A DNA stretch of 64,000 nucleotides from Paraphysomonas bandaiensis (lineage: Eukaryota > Protista > Chrysophyceae), in assembly GCA_965644295.1 (NCBI GenBank), contig CBFFRP010000338.1:1-64000 (forward strand). Direction: 5' to 3'. The notes under the pieces are model-generated. The model saw only the letters and a program-made list of their open reading frames with translations, had not been told where the DNA came from and did not search any database. The translations under genes and the position numbers were made by a program. Of the stretch, positions 38,465-51,600 are shown one piece after another (the first letter of the stretch is position 1; every line of letters begins with the position of its first letter).

Positions 38465-39237
38465 ATATAGCATAACTGTAGCTGATGATTGTATAAAATT
38501 TTATCTTATCCGATATGCGACTGTCTTCGATTTCTAACGTCGATTAATAGAAATGGCTAATAGGTTGCACCTTCTTCGTACAAACAAGTAGCTTCCTTCC
38601 AAGTCAACGATAGTGTGCTATCAGTACAGTCTGATATGTGGAGTTACCATTATGTTCATGGATTCATATTTAGTTCGAATCTCCTTCCATCAAGGCAAGA
38701 CCTCTTACTATGCAATAACATGCTTGTTTAGTTCAGTTTACATAGAAACTCCACAATCGTCGTGCACACGGAACAAAAGTTATTCATTGAGAATTGAGAT
38801 ATGTAATCAACATATGGTGATATTTAAAGTGATATATAGCGTATTTGAATCACGAGAAGTTTACTTAAAATTCCGTCATAGTTATTTAAGAACTAGTCAA
38901 CACAGCAGCACAATTACTTAATAGATTGACGTAAGACGAAGGTAAAATGCCCATTTTCTAACATGAACATACCACCTATTGTTACGAAATGTTCGGCTTC
39001 ATCTTCAACTATATTGCACCAGTGTAAATAGTAGTGCGTGCCAATATAAATACCTCTCAGTGTGTGAAGCGTGAATCATTTTATTGGTTATTTTCAATTT
39101 GCATGAACTTACATGATATATTCCTATATGTACTCACTTCATATGGTAATAGATATATATTACCTCTCCCTAAAATAAACCTACATAGCGTAGAATCCTG
39201 TAGGTAGAGGACTTGAAATTCTTATAATTATATTGCA

Positions 39238-39510
39238 CCCTTAACAAAGTTGGACTCGCACCTTTTCATGGTGCTCTGTGGGGGATAAGTATCGGAGATA
39301 TTTCTCCGGGAAACTAACGTAAGCCACATATTATATATATAGTCAAGTATTGTTCTGCCTACTCACAGCCAAATGGTTGTGTGGTACAAGGAACATTAAT
39401 AAATGTCACTTGTGAAGACGTCTTTGGGCTGTGACGAGTAAACAGGTATCCGGGCTATATTGGGCTACCTGCAGAAGTCAGTCATCCGGGGATGAGTTCA
39501 CCGTAACCCT
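39238..39510 (+). mobile_element. SINE-like family copy (head and body), followed by an inverted LINE 3'-end motif at ~39525-39570
   Basis: Closely matches the reverse complement of 47600-47947. 39528-39569 matches 3115-3156. Confidence 0.7.
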
Positions 39511-40876
39511 ATCCCTCTAATCGAATAATATCCGATTATTACATGAGATCGGTTGTGTACAGAAACTAGATTATATAATAATAAAACATTTTCATGATAA
39601 TTTCAGAACCTCCAGATGATACCCACCAGCATGGAGTCTATGAGGTCGACTCAGCAGTAGAATTATCTAAAGTGGATGAGAAAAAGTGAAAAATGTCAGT
39701 AGAATATTAAAAAATGTTGTAGTGTTACTACAGTGATGATGTAAGTTGCGATGATGTATGGTAGTATATTGATGACCGTATTGGTAGAAGTAAGCCATTG
39801 TATTTAAGAGCACGTATTGTTATAAAGTAAGTATTTATCGTCTTTCTATTTTAATTTGTTAATTATATAATATTAAAGAAGACTGACATTATGCTTATTA
39901 ATAATAACATTCACTTGTAGTTAAAATATTTGATTATCAAACTCTTGTCTTGAACACTAGGATATACAGAACGCAGTAGTCAACTATATAACCTTACCCC
40001 TTTTTCGTAAAAACTGTAGTTGTGAATGTCTTATTATTAGTAATATCTAAACGTTTAAAAGTCAGTGTTTAACACTGATATTCTACTGTTTAACTCTACG
40101 AAGTGTTTACTCTGCTTGTATGTCACCGCAAGCATTTTTATATTTTATTTACTTAATTGTTTGTGGTAAAGATGGACCCTGCAGTGCTTGTGATGGAAGC
40201 GGATAAATTCAACTGTCTAAGGAGTTACTTCAAGTACTTGAGCAGTCTCTCATCATGTGGAGTGTAGCCAATATGAAGAGAGAACTGAACAACTTAACTA
40301 GAAGATTGAGGTAAAAATCATGTGGTAAACTTTTTTTGGGCAGATATATATCAGACTGTAAGTTTAGTATTTGCAGATAGTACGTCTCCAGTGTTATTCA
40401 GATGTTTCTGTGCTACTTTTTATCCAATTTGCTTGTGCACATGGAAGCGAAAGATAAGACTAGCAGTCTTTATGTTATGTGTTTATCATCATTGTAATGC
40501 TGAGATGCCCCAGGTCAAGTCACTTCATATTATATTCATGTAGTGTTTGGTGGGCAACTGTTTATTAACTTTCACTAGTCAGCCCCACGTATCTTACATC
40601 AGAAACTGAATTTATCTTTCGCAACTACTTCGCCGTTTCCTATTTTTAAGATATTCAGTTTATCTATTGTACACTATTGACTATTTTTTCAATCATATTA
40701 CTTGTAACGGGATATTTAGGGATGTTTTGTCAATCTGGTTGAAATTAAATGGCTGCCAAAAACGCTTACAGGAATAACTACTTCCACATTTATTAAGTAT
40801 AAATGTATTAACTACATTAAGTATATTAACTACAACGAATATAAAATAATACGAATCACTAGAACATGACGGTTAC

Positions 40877-42745
40877 TTAGGAAAAAACACCAGGTTGACA
40901 CCACGTGGGGGTCGCCCTGCCGGTGAACTGGAGATCTCTTCCAGAGGAGAATACGCGTCTGTTATGTGCGCTTTGTTCATTTCGTTGTCGATCCTTTATA
41001 TTCAAATCTTCCGATGTCAATCGGTGAGAAAGGTATGCCCGTGTTGGTTGTGACAATTTGGATTCAACCCGATCACCAACTACTTCTAGAGTGGCCCGTT
41101 TGGCCAAAGCGTCCTGCTTCAATTCCCTGGATCGAGATGCTTGGTGGTGAGATATCACGCGCTGTCTTTTCTGTTTCGCATTATGTATACTATCCGCCTG
41201 TCGTCGTCGCAACTCTGCTACATTTACACATCAAAATATGAACATAAACATGATAATACTGCTACCAGGATCAACAGAGCGAGCTCGAGGCTGTGAATTA
41301 CTTGAAGCATATTCAGAATTTCGTTTTTCTTTGCTTTTTTTTTCTTTCCATAAATTCAACATGGCCTTATTTTCCTGTTGTCTCTCTAAAAGCTTGACAA
41401 GAAAATATAAGAGTTTTTACATTAATGATCTCAACATCGTACCCTCGCTTCTGCTTCTCTTCTGCTGGACTCATGTTGTAACTTTACCTTCGCCTACATA
41501 CAGTCATAAACTACAATAATTGTAGGATACAAAAATTACTTCACGATGTGCTTCATCTTCTGCCTTTTTCTTTTGCCAAGCTTGCACCCTAGATTTCTTT
41601 TGTTGTTTCCTCCAGGCAATTTCCTCAGTATTCTTACCACTTGACGAGGTACCGTTTTCGTTGTCACCAATCAGGGCGGAAGACACGTGCCCTAACTCTT
41701 CTGAATTGCTCCTTGTTTTATTTCGCTTCCATATGGAAAGAATCTCTTTTTTTTCTGCCAGCAGGCGCTGTATCTTCACATACCTATATATTGAGTGCGA
41801 CATATTATTTAGGCAGACATACACCAGCGAAGTTGCAAACCATTGAATGTGTTCACGAATGTCATCTGCACTTTTGCAGGAAAGAGAAGCGGCTAAACGT
41901 CTTTCCAACTCAATTTCTTGTCTTTCAGACAACTCAACCTTTGGACTCTCGTCAATATTCTTGGCGACAATCTGAGTCCAATTTCGGAGAAACACGTCGT
42001 GATCCCGACTGTCCCAGCCTCGATGGTGACGGATGCCCAATTCAGCAAGCTGTAGCACATTGAGACTTCATCACAGAGTTAACTAAATTACTACCTTTCT
42101 CTCGATAGCACCAATGGTGTGTTGCTGCACACTCAGGGTTTCATTTCGATGTTTTAATCGTTGAGAAATATCGCGATCGTTAGGTGCAGAACGAAGCTGT
42201 GACGTACCACTCATATCCCATGTCCCAATTCTTTCTTCCAGTGCTAGTATCTCTCGATTAAGCTTTCCTTCCTGCACGCAAGAACGTAACATAGTTGCAT
42301 TTGCAAGAATATAAGCTATACCTGTTCTACTAAGCTTTCATACTCTTGGGCCATCTGGGTTTTAAAGAGAGAGAGTTTGGACTGCATAGCTATCAATTTA
42401 ATGATATAAAATATGGAGACAATAACCTCAAAAGATTCTAATAGATTGTAGAAGCAAGATAAATCCGGCTGCGAACCTTCTGTGCGCTTCATAGTATTCT
42501 TTATGTCAGACAATGATCTCTAAGACACCATGTTAGGTATTCGTTTCATGCTTCGCACAAACCTTCAACAAAGATATTCGTCTTGCCCTCTTCTTATCAA
42601 GAGTTGATCTCTCACCCTGGCTTCGAGTATCTCGCATTTCTTTCAGTGAATCAATTTTAAACAGGGAATGGTTTAACTTTTCTAGCGCAACCGCTTCCGC
42701 TGCTAACTTTCTATAACATGACTGCCACTCGACAGCGTTCGTCAT
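40877..42745 (-). CDS. CCDC112: Coiled-coil domain-containing protein 112 homologue (multi-exon)
   Basis: GWDSRDHDVFLRNW, IREHIQW..LLAEKKEILSIWK, KLSQPTRAY and terminal RATPTW match the recalled CCDC112 motif order. Confidence 0.75.
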
Positions 42746-43141
42746 GTGTTTTACAAATGAAGAAACGATACACAATTAACACTTGTTTATTCTGGGTTGA
42801 ATTCAATTTGAAAGTTGGTAATACAACTGACATGGATGAGCTAAACTGTGATAATATAAGTAGTACTGTACATATATTGAATGTACAGAGTGGATTGGAC
42901 GTGCGATATATCGATATGTTGGAAGTTTTCAGTATAAAAAACGGTATTTTTGTGCACCAAAAGGTTACCAATGTAGTTTTGTAGACATACGGTATACCAT
43001 ATCATACACTGCTTGTATCGGATTACTCACAACACTGGAAAGATGTGAGCATAAATGTACAGGATTTAAGAATTAAAATGACGAAGTGATAGAAAAAACT
43101 GTTTAGTTCCTATAATCTTCATATCGAGAAACGAGCTGGTG

Positions 43142-45057
43142 ATGTCAAGGGCCGAATATAACGTCCTTCGTTTATTTCATTCAGTGATTGGTTTTGATAT
43201 CGTGGAGCTGTGGGCACGTGATGCCGGGATAGGAGTGAAATGCTTATTTGAATTCATTTCAGATAGTTGTCCTGTTAGGAGTGATGCTATGCCTGATTTA
43301 AATATGGCGTGGAAGGATTATGTCCTCGAGGTAAGCACTGATACGAATAGAAACCACAAAGTGTCGTATAACATGGACCATGCAGTTGTGCGATCAGAGT
43401 GACTCGAATGTAAATGGATTTATTTGGCATACTCATACAGAACAGCACATTTTAAGTGGCAACACATGTCCTTTGTTTCGTGGATTTCGTATTTTTACTT
43501 CTATGTCTCACCGCATGCAGCTAATTTGCGATGAGCAACTATACGTTGTTTGTCATTCGATAGTTGGTGAAGTTGAATACAACTCTAGGGCTGCTGATTT
43601 CATCGTGAATATTTGTCATGCTTTTTGCTTGGCAGCGAATACTCTGCACAATTTGGAAACAAAGACTGATGCCGGATGCAGGGAACTCTTCTTTGTGGAT
43701 ATGTCTCCCCAAGATGTCTCACTGCCTTCTTTAAAAGAATTGTCATTATCTTCAAGAGAAGTTGGAGACAATAATCGAGCCGCTTCCACAAGTGACGGGT
43801 GTTTTCTGGCGTCCGCAGATAGTGGTTCTTATGTTCATGACTCCTTATTGGAAACTAGAGCACGATCTCGTGGATGTCGCATCAGCTGTAGTAACGATAC
43901 TACGGGTTCGAAATTTATTGTACCTCCGAATTCTAAAAAGCCTAGTGGAAGTACACACATATTTCCAATAGAAGAATTGCCTGTTTCGAATGACGCTTCA
44001 GATGATTTTTCTTTTCAAGAGCTTTCAGAACTTTGTCACATTGCGTTTGGTAGAAACAGTGCTGTTTACTCCGCAGTTTATAGAGGCGAAAAGGTCGCCG
44101 TGAAAGTGATGATGCCAGGCCTGGAGTCGTCAATGATTGCGCAACAAGAATTTGACAATGAGCAAGCTATATTGCGTAGGACAGTTCACCCGAATATTGT
44201 TAAAATTATTGGTACAGGTGTAACAACATTTACAAGTGGTAGACAACAGCGTTTTACTGTTTTGGAATGGTTGAGTAGTGGTCTAGGAGATATGCTGAGC
44301 AGTTCAACATATAGACATATACTATTTCGAAAGTTGCGTCGAAAGAAGGCTATCCCTTTCTTTTATATGCTTTCGATTGCGAAAGACTTGGCTTCAGCTT
44401 TGAGGTATCTGCACTCCGGCTTATCGTTTGGAGTAACGCTGATTCATCGTGAGTTCATTTTTTGGTGCTGTTTTTAGATTTTAATTTGCTTCTGTAGGCG
44501 AGATTGAGCCTGACAACATACGATTTACAGCAACAGGAGTTCCCAAACTGATTGGATTTGGGAGGTGTTTATGTCTGAATTCGGCATCCCTAGTTGCTGG
44601 AAATGGTTGCCCAGTATTAGAATACTACGGGACCATGAGCTACATGGCTCCCGAGATTGCATTGCGCTTATCTCAATCCGAGAAAAGCGATGTTTATGCA
44701 TATGGAATGCTTATTTGGCATATTGCTAGGAATAAGATTCCGTTTGGTGGAATGACGAAGTCTGAGTTCATGAATAGAGTTGTATATCACAATGAACGAC
44801 CTAAAGTGGAAAAGATATACCCGCCAGAACTAGCTTCTCTTTTGTGTAACTGCTGGTTATATGATATGTATCAGAGACCATCATTTCAAGATATCGAAGA
44901 TGAGCTCAACAGAATTATAAGCGGGCTATCTAATTCCAGCTCTGCAACACATAAATCATTTAGGAAACTTTCTGTTGAACAATGTGCAAGTATTGAGGCT
45001 CCATCAATGAGATCGAACCGGAAATTTGTTAGTGAAAGGAAGAGTGCCTGGTTTTAA
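43142..45057 (+). CDS. Tyrosine-kinase-like (TKL) fold protein, probable pseudokinase; 3 exons
   Basis: VAVK, HPNIV, YLH, YMAPE, SDVYAYG and RPSF are present. After removing intron 44449-44497 the catalytic loop reads HREIEPDN and the DFG position reads GFG. Confidence 0.9.
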
Positions 45058-45237
45058 TTTATGTAATGGGAGACACGTATATTAATGAAATTAACACATG
45101 TAACTTTATTTATGAGGTGGAATTATTTAGAAAAGTAAACTCGGCAATAGGATAGTTCACTTTCTTTATCTCTCCCAATTCTTACATACTTAGATTTAAT
45201 TTTTGTGGTCGTCTGACTGTAGGGAATAGTGAAGTCC

Positions 45238-45495
45238 TATTACTAGCAATATATAGGCGTTTAAGAGTCAGTGCTTAACTCTTATATCCTACTATTTAAT
45301 GCTACGAAAGGTGCATCCAATTTCGCTCTATCACTCAAAGCAAACGCAGTGAGATTGCTAAAAGTTGACATCTGCTGACTTCAGGATTTTGGAGTCATTA
45401 CGGTGAACTCATTCCGGGTGCTTGACTTCTGCAAGCAACCTAATACCCCGGGTGCCCTTGAGGTGGGCCCAAAGACGTTTACACAAGTGACACAT
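45238..45495 (-). mobile_element. SINE-like family copy (body plus LINE tail), degenerate
   Basis: Same arrangement as 47495-47785. Confidence 0.6.
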
Positions 45496-45699
45496 ATCAT
45501 TTTATAATATTACATAGTTTTAGGTAAATCACAATGATGATTCCGCTTTCAAAATTTGATCACCAAACACTCCAAACTATATAATATTTTCCATCCTTCG
45601 TCTGATGTATAGAAGATCATAATGATGATCGTGCAAGCGATCTAGTTTCATAACCCGGACTTTGAAATTGATTAAATGTTGTCTGCTGATTAGTAGTGT

Positions 45700-46140
45700 T
45701 AACTGTACTATTCTAGGGTTTAGATTGTCTACTCTTGTTCAAAAATGCAGTTGTATTATCTGGGAGTATTTCTCCTTTTTGTCTCAATGCATTATTTGGT
45801 AAAGACTATGTACCGCTTTAGATCTGCTTGCGCGTTGCTCCGAGCACCATGATGCAACCATTCCGATAACGGTATTTAGTCAGGGGTCTCCCTTTGATGG
45901 GTAGTACCTCTGTATACTGCTGGGTGGTCGTTGTTTTTCAGGGTGTGTTGTGAGTTGATGGTTAGTGTGGAGATCAGAGGGGTGGAGGAGTGTTTTGAAT
46001 GTGTGGGACTGCGGTCTGATATGTAGTAATATTTGTCCCCTGAGGGGGGCGGCAGAGTGTGGTCGCCCTGGGGCAGGTCTAGCGGATAACACTCTTCTCT
46101 AGTAGAAGATGTAGTGACGTGTTGACTATAGGGTAAGTAT
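45700..46140 (-). mobile_element. Decayed LINE 3' fragment
   Basis: ORF end YPSKGDP, then the conserved 3' UTR motif GGTTGCATCATGGTGCTC..CAAGCAG at 45823-45860. Confidence 0.65.
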
Positions 46141-47494
46141 GTTCGGTTAGGGTGCTGAAATGCCATATCTGAGCAGTAGCACCCAGTTCTTTCAGGGATT
46201 AGGTCACGTCTTTTACCTATCATGATTATGTTCGTACATATACATCCAAACTATTTGATTTGGGTTATATACACACTATACATACACTGTACACATACAT
46301 CATTCAGTCAGTTGTGTTAGAATTGGACATTTCACTGAAGTTAACTTTGCTCTACACGTAAACCTTAACCTTGCTATGTTGAACACAATGCACTCTCAAG
46401 TAAGATAATATTATAATTATTATTCTGAACACTTCACTACATATTCGTGTAACATATGTTGAAACATCTGTTCTCAGCAACATCTGTTTATCATATGTTC
46501 ATCAGTCAGTTCTATATCTTGTATAGTCACACATCAGTAACTGAATTTAGTTCCTTTGTACCTATAATCACCCGTTACACCTAAGGGTTGACTTCACCTA
46601 TTGCACACTATTAACTCACTTCATTTGCACAATATATATATCACATCATATTGCAGAACTTAACAAGTTGTATTTTTTAGCAGTTTGTTTCTGTACACGA
46701 CCGTTCTCATGTAATAATCAAACATTTTATATGTATTTTAGCAGGTAATAATCGTAATGTTTTACATAAATGTGGAGATTAAGGTTTCAACATCATGAGG
46801 ATAAAAACTACAATTTTATATAATAGGGATATATAAGGAGTATCATCCCTCTTGTCTAAATTTTAAAACTCGTGCTTCTTGTCCCAAATTCTGCCTCCAT
46901 ATTAAACGTGTTTAAATATAAACTGACGGTACACATAGTCATAAGCGGTATAAGCTACATGCATATGACTAGTTATGGTTAAAATTACTGTATTACCTTA
47001 AACATGTATGTATTCAAATGTGCTCATTCTTAAATTCGACGGGATTCTGGAAAAAGCTTCATCAACGACGTGTGCCAAAAAATCAGATAACTGAATAAGA
47101 AAATCTAAGCCATTCATGACGGTGAACAATAGTTTTCAACACATCAAAATTGTTTGAATGCAAATAATAACAAATAATCACAACTAGGCAATTCCGATAA
47201 TGTTCTGTAGAAAAGGTATATTGTGAGGAGGCGAAAGAAAGGTTATATAGGTGGACCAAGCTTCTGCAGCATACCATCGACCAGAGGCTGGATGGAAAGA
47301 GATTGATTAGAGTTAGGGTTAGGAATTCTGACATATGCTCCGACTAATTCCAAGTAAAATAGAGCATGCGAAGCTGGTGCAATATTACTGGACGAAATGC
47401 TTTCAATACAAGTCGTAGTGAATGTCTGATTATTAACAATAACTCCAGTTATTATAACCGTGTAAGAGTCAGAACTAATGTAGCGAAACAATTT

Positions 47495-47947
47495 TAACTA
47501 ACTAGTGCTTAACTTTGATATCCTACTATTTTGCGCTACGAAAGCTGCTTGTACGTCACCACAAGCACCAAGGTGCAACCACTTTTGCTTTCTGTCCTCA
47601 AGGTGAACACCCTGGATGCTTGACTTTAGTAGGCAGCCCAATACCCCGGATGCCCTTGAGGTGGGCCCATTTCCGGATGCTTGACTTCAGCAGGCAGCTC
47701 AATAGCCCGGATGCCCTTGAGGCGGGCCCCTTCTTGGATGCCTGTCTATTCGTCAAGGCCCAAAGATGTCTTCACAAGTGACATTTATTAGTGTTCCTTG
47801 TACCACACAACCATTGGCTGTGAGTGGGCAGAACAATACTTGACTATATGTATAATATGCAGGTCATGTCAGTTTCCCGGAGAAATATCTCCGATACTTA
47901 ACCCCCAGAGCACCACGAAAAGGTGAGAGTCCAACTTTGTAAAGGGA
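47495..47947 (-). mobile_element. Most complete SINE-like copy: non-coding head, ~63-bp internal duplication, LINE-derived 3' tail
   Basis: 47600-47947 matches 39238-39510. 47505-47585 matches the LINE 3' UTR at 34325-34395. Confidence 0.7.
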
Positions 47948-48029
47948 ATACGAATCAATACAATTACAATACAGAAGAAAGTTGAACATATAATCACGAC
48001 GTTCGTACATTATTCATTTGACATCACAA

Positions 48030-48495
48030 GGCACTTGATTGCCGACAGTGCTGCTATTATTAATTATTAATATCGCTTCTTTCAAAAAATCAGTAATGAT
48101 GATGCCAGACGGAAGCAAAGCCTCACTTACCCTGACGAAAAATGATAAAAATAATTTTTTGCTCAATGAGGAAGAAGATGTTGATGACAGTGGCGGACAA
48201 GTGCAGAATGTCAACACAGCACAACGTTCGATGGTAACACAGGCAGTGGAAGCGAGCACATCTTGACAAGCAAACTCAATATCGCAGCATGAGGTACTTG
48301 CACGCCAATATGGTTGAAAGAGATAGTTATGACTGATTTACGCATAAGCATGGCTCCTCGACATTTAGTTGGCAGCTAGCAGCTACTGTATAGCTACTTA
48401 AGTAAGTTGTAGTTTGGGCCAGCAGAGAATAGCTGCAATTATAATTGACTAAAACCTGCGTCAATTAGTTGACAATAAATTGTTACGCAGCCCTG
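48030..48495 (+). mobile_element. hAT 3'-end relic
   Basis: QYRSMRYLHANMVER..IVMTDLRISMAPRHL. Ends in TTACGCAGCCCTG. Homologous to the outer element at 10093-11890. Confidence 0.7.
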
Positions 48496-48689
48496 CCAAT
48501 GAGGTACCTCTCAAGGCCTGTAGGTATCAAGTAAGGCGGACCGCCGACATCCAATGATACTTATAACCATAACCAGTCAAGATCATATTATACAGTCACT
48601 ATATTTCAACCACCACATTTTAGTAATAACGGTTACGAATGAGAATTCGTCCAAGCTAATTAGTAACAATATATTTTTATACCTAATAC

Positions 48690-51600
48690 TCACTTTTCAG
48701 GTATCAACTTAAGAAAATGCAATAGCTCATCGCATTCCTTGATATCCCTTGGGTATATTTCTATGAACGATTTCAAATTGGCGATATGCTCTGTCAAGAA
48801 TGTTAAAAGTGCAATAAACACCGCATCAGCAATATCGTGAAAGCGTGTATCACTTTTCGACTTTCTATAGTCGTGGATAACAGCCAGGACAATACTCCAC
48901 CGTGGACCAATCGCGCTACCAGAACTGTCAAAGCCGCATATATATTTGGATATACAAATAATAACTTCAATATATGTAGAGTATTCAGCATTAGAATGAG
49001 AATACGTCTGGAAGATTAGTCCAAACAACTCCCTCGCTTCGCGTTTCCACCTTCAAGCTACGTGACTGACAGAGTAAAGAGCAACACCCATACCTATCAG
49101 TGGGCCCATCAAACTCTTGCGAATCAGAAATCCCAGTGCATACACTGATGAGCCTTACCCACCACGCCATTATGGTAAGAATAGTGCTCTAGATAGCCAT
49201 CACATACTATAGTCATTTCACAGTACGAAACAGGTACTTGATCATCTACCTGATGCTTAGCAGTGGTGTCGCCAAGACCTCGTCGTGTAACATTGAATCG
49301 CATGACTTCGAAGGAATTAATGAATTGGCTCAGAGCTTCGTGACATTCCAACAACGGAAATAAGTCGACAGCCTCCATGACGGTACACAAATCACACAAA
49401 GTAGAAATAGGGGCAGATTCACTGGCACTGCCACCAGACAAAAGCCTCCATACTTCATGAAGAACTTCAGATAATGCTGAGTAGCTGACAGATTGTGATT
49501 TCGAGTCCACATTACCGTCATACGCATCGAGAGCTTGTTTGTATACGTTACAAAATACCGAATACATATATACAACAATCACACAAGGCGGAATTTCAAT
49601 TGGCCTATTATTCTGTCTCGCATGTAAGGAGTGAGATATTCTGTCTCTGTCTTCATATAAGAAAACCCTTGCATGTGATAATGACACCTGCAAGTAGTCA
49701 TGCAAGTAGCGCACTAATTTTTCGCATGAAGACGAAAACCAGAAAGAGTTACAACCACAGAGCGCTATGTTAAGATTTGGTTTGACAGTGTCACTGGAAT
49801 CAACATCAGTTAGCAGATTCAAAACTGCAGAAACGTCGTCGCAAATCCGATTCAATTCCAAGGGAAGAAAGAAATGAATGGCCTTTTCAGGAGGAATGTA
49901 AAAATTCACCAAAATTGAAAAATCGCGAGGGTATATTGCGCGGTACTGAGTCCCATTCAAAATATGTAATTTTCTGTTTACAGAGTCACATGACGTCAAG
50001 GCTGATCCCCACAGCAGCAGGTCGTGAATGTACGAATCCTTATCACAATTGGTGACCTGATATTGTATAAAACCACACAATCGAGATATTTTACTGCTAC
50101 TTCCGTCGAAACAAACACGCAGTAATGTGGTAATCCATCCATAACATACACACCAATCATTCACCAAAATTGACGTATTCATGCTTTCGCTTGACTTCTC
50201 TAACCCCGCATCAATGTACTCTGCGATGTCCAAATTAGATAAAACATGAAATAAACCTATATCGTGCCCACAGAGTCTACAAACAAGGTCTAACAGGGTC
50301 GCCGCTCCATAGCCACAGAAGGTTTCGTTATCCCAGACATCGTCTACAGAATCTGAGCACGAGGACTCAAAATTACAATGTTGATCCATCTGTACTCTCA
50401 GGACATCAGGTACAGATGATAAATACACCCCGAGATATATTCGAATTTTTTCAAGATTTCTCTGCTCTAACTTGGTCGCATGGCTCAAGATACGTAGCCC
50501 CACAGGGCATAACTCCCATGGTATACCAGTTAAACACACAAATTCAAGTAATTCTTTTTCCCAATCTTGATCGCTTTCAGACAGAGCAGACGCTGATAAA
50601 TACAGCCCCAGTACAACCGTAACTACGACATCTATAGAAGTTGTACTAACAGACATTCCATTTATACAAAAAGGGTGTGCACTTCCATCCAATTCAGATT
50701 GCTTGAGTACGTTAACTTGGGTGCAGCATATATATTTCATTAGTTTCCATGAGTACAGGAGAACCAAATTGCTATCTGGACAGCATGGCAAGTACACCAT
50801 CCAATGGTATATGCGCTTAAAAATCGAATATACACATGGACATTCCAACCTCGTCAACGCAATAGACGACTTCACAATCGATATACATGTAAGGGTGAGC
50901 TCGTGGTTATTTTCTGTACGTCTTTGCAATTCGACATCCACTAAGCTATCTCGGAGGTCGGAGATGAGTCGAACACAGCGCTCACTACGTGATATTAAGG
51001 CTTGCACATCTGGATCCATACCCTTTCCTATCGTTCGAACTGATGATTCATCCACATGGCCACTTGAATGACAGGAAATCAGTTTACTTTTCACTGTGCA
51101 CAATGAATGAAGATGAATATTCTCTAATAAGCTTATCAAGCGCTCAGCTACTAAGATAGCACGACCCATGTCACAATCGTTTGGAAATTTCATCAGTTTC
51201 TCGATTGTGACAAGAAAAGTACTTAGTAAAGACTCACTGAGATATATTCCAGATGACACTTGTGGAATTACGTACACAGCACTCAGGTGTCTTCTGCCGT
51301 AAGTCTCGTAGAGGGGTTCCCATGAATACGCATCAGATGCAGGGCAGGGGTCGTAGAACAAAGGGACACACATTTGAGTCATGCTACATACAGGTCTAGC
51401 ATATATACGACATCTAGAGTCACTTTTTGGGAACGACAAGGTACTTCCTATATCTGAGACAGATTGAAACCGACATCGTGAAGCAAGAGATGGCAGCATA
51501 GCTCCATTTATATCAAACGACCTTATTGATTTCAGTAGATATTCTTCATATGTACATATGTCCTCAACTCTATCAAGCGAAATTGCATCTACTGCACGAT

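Noticed and set aside
39245-39350. HDV-like ribozyme in the SINE-like head
   Set aside because: P1/P3-like pairings exist, but L3 lacks the conserved C residues and no P2 partner is present.
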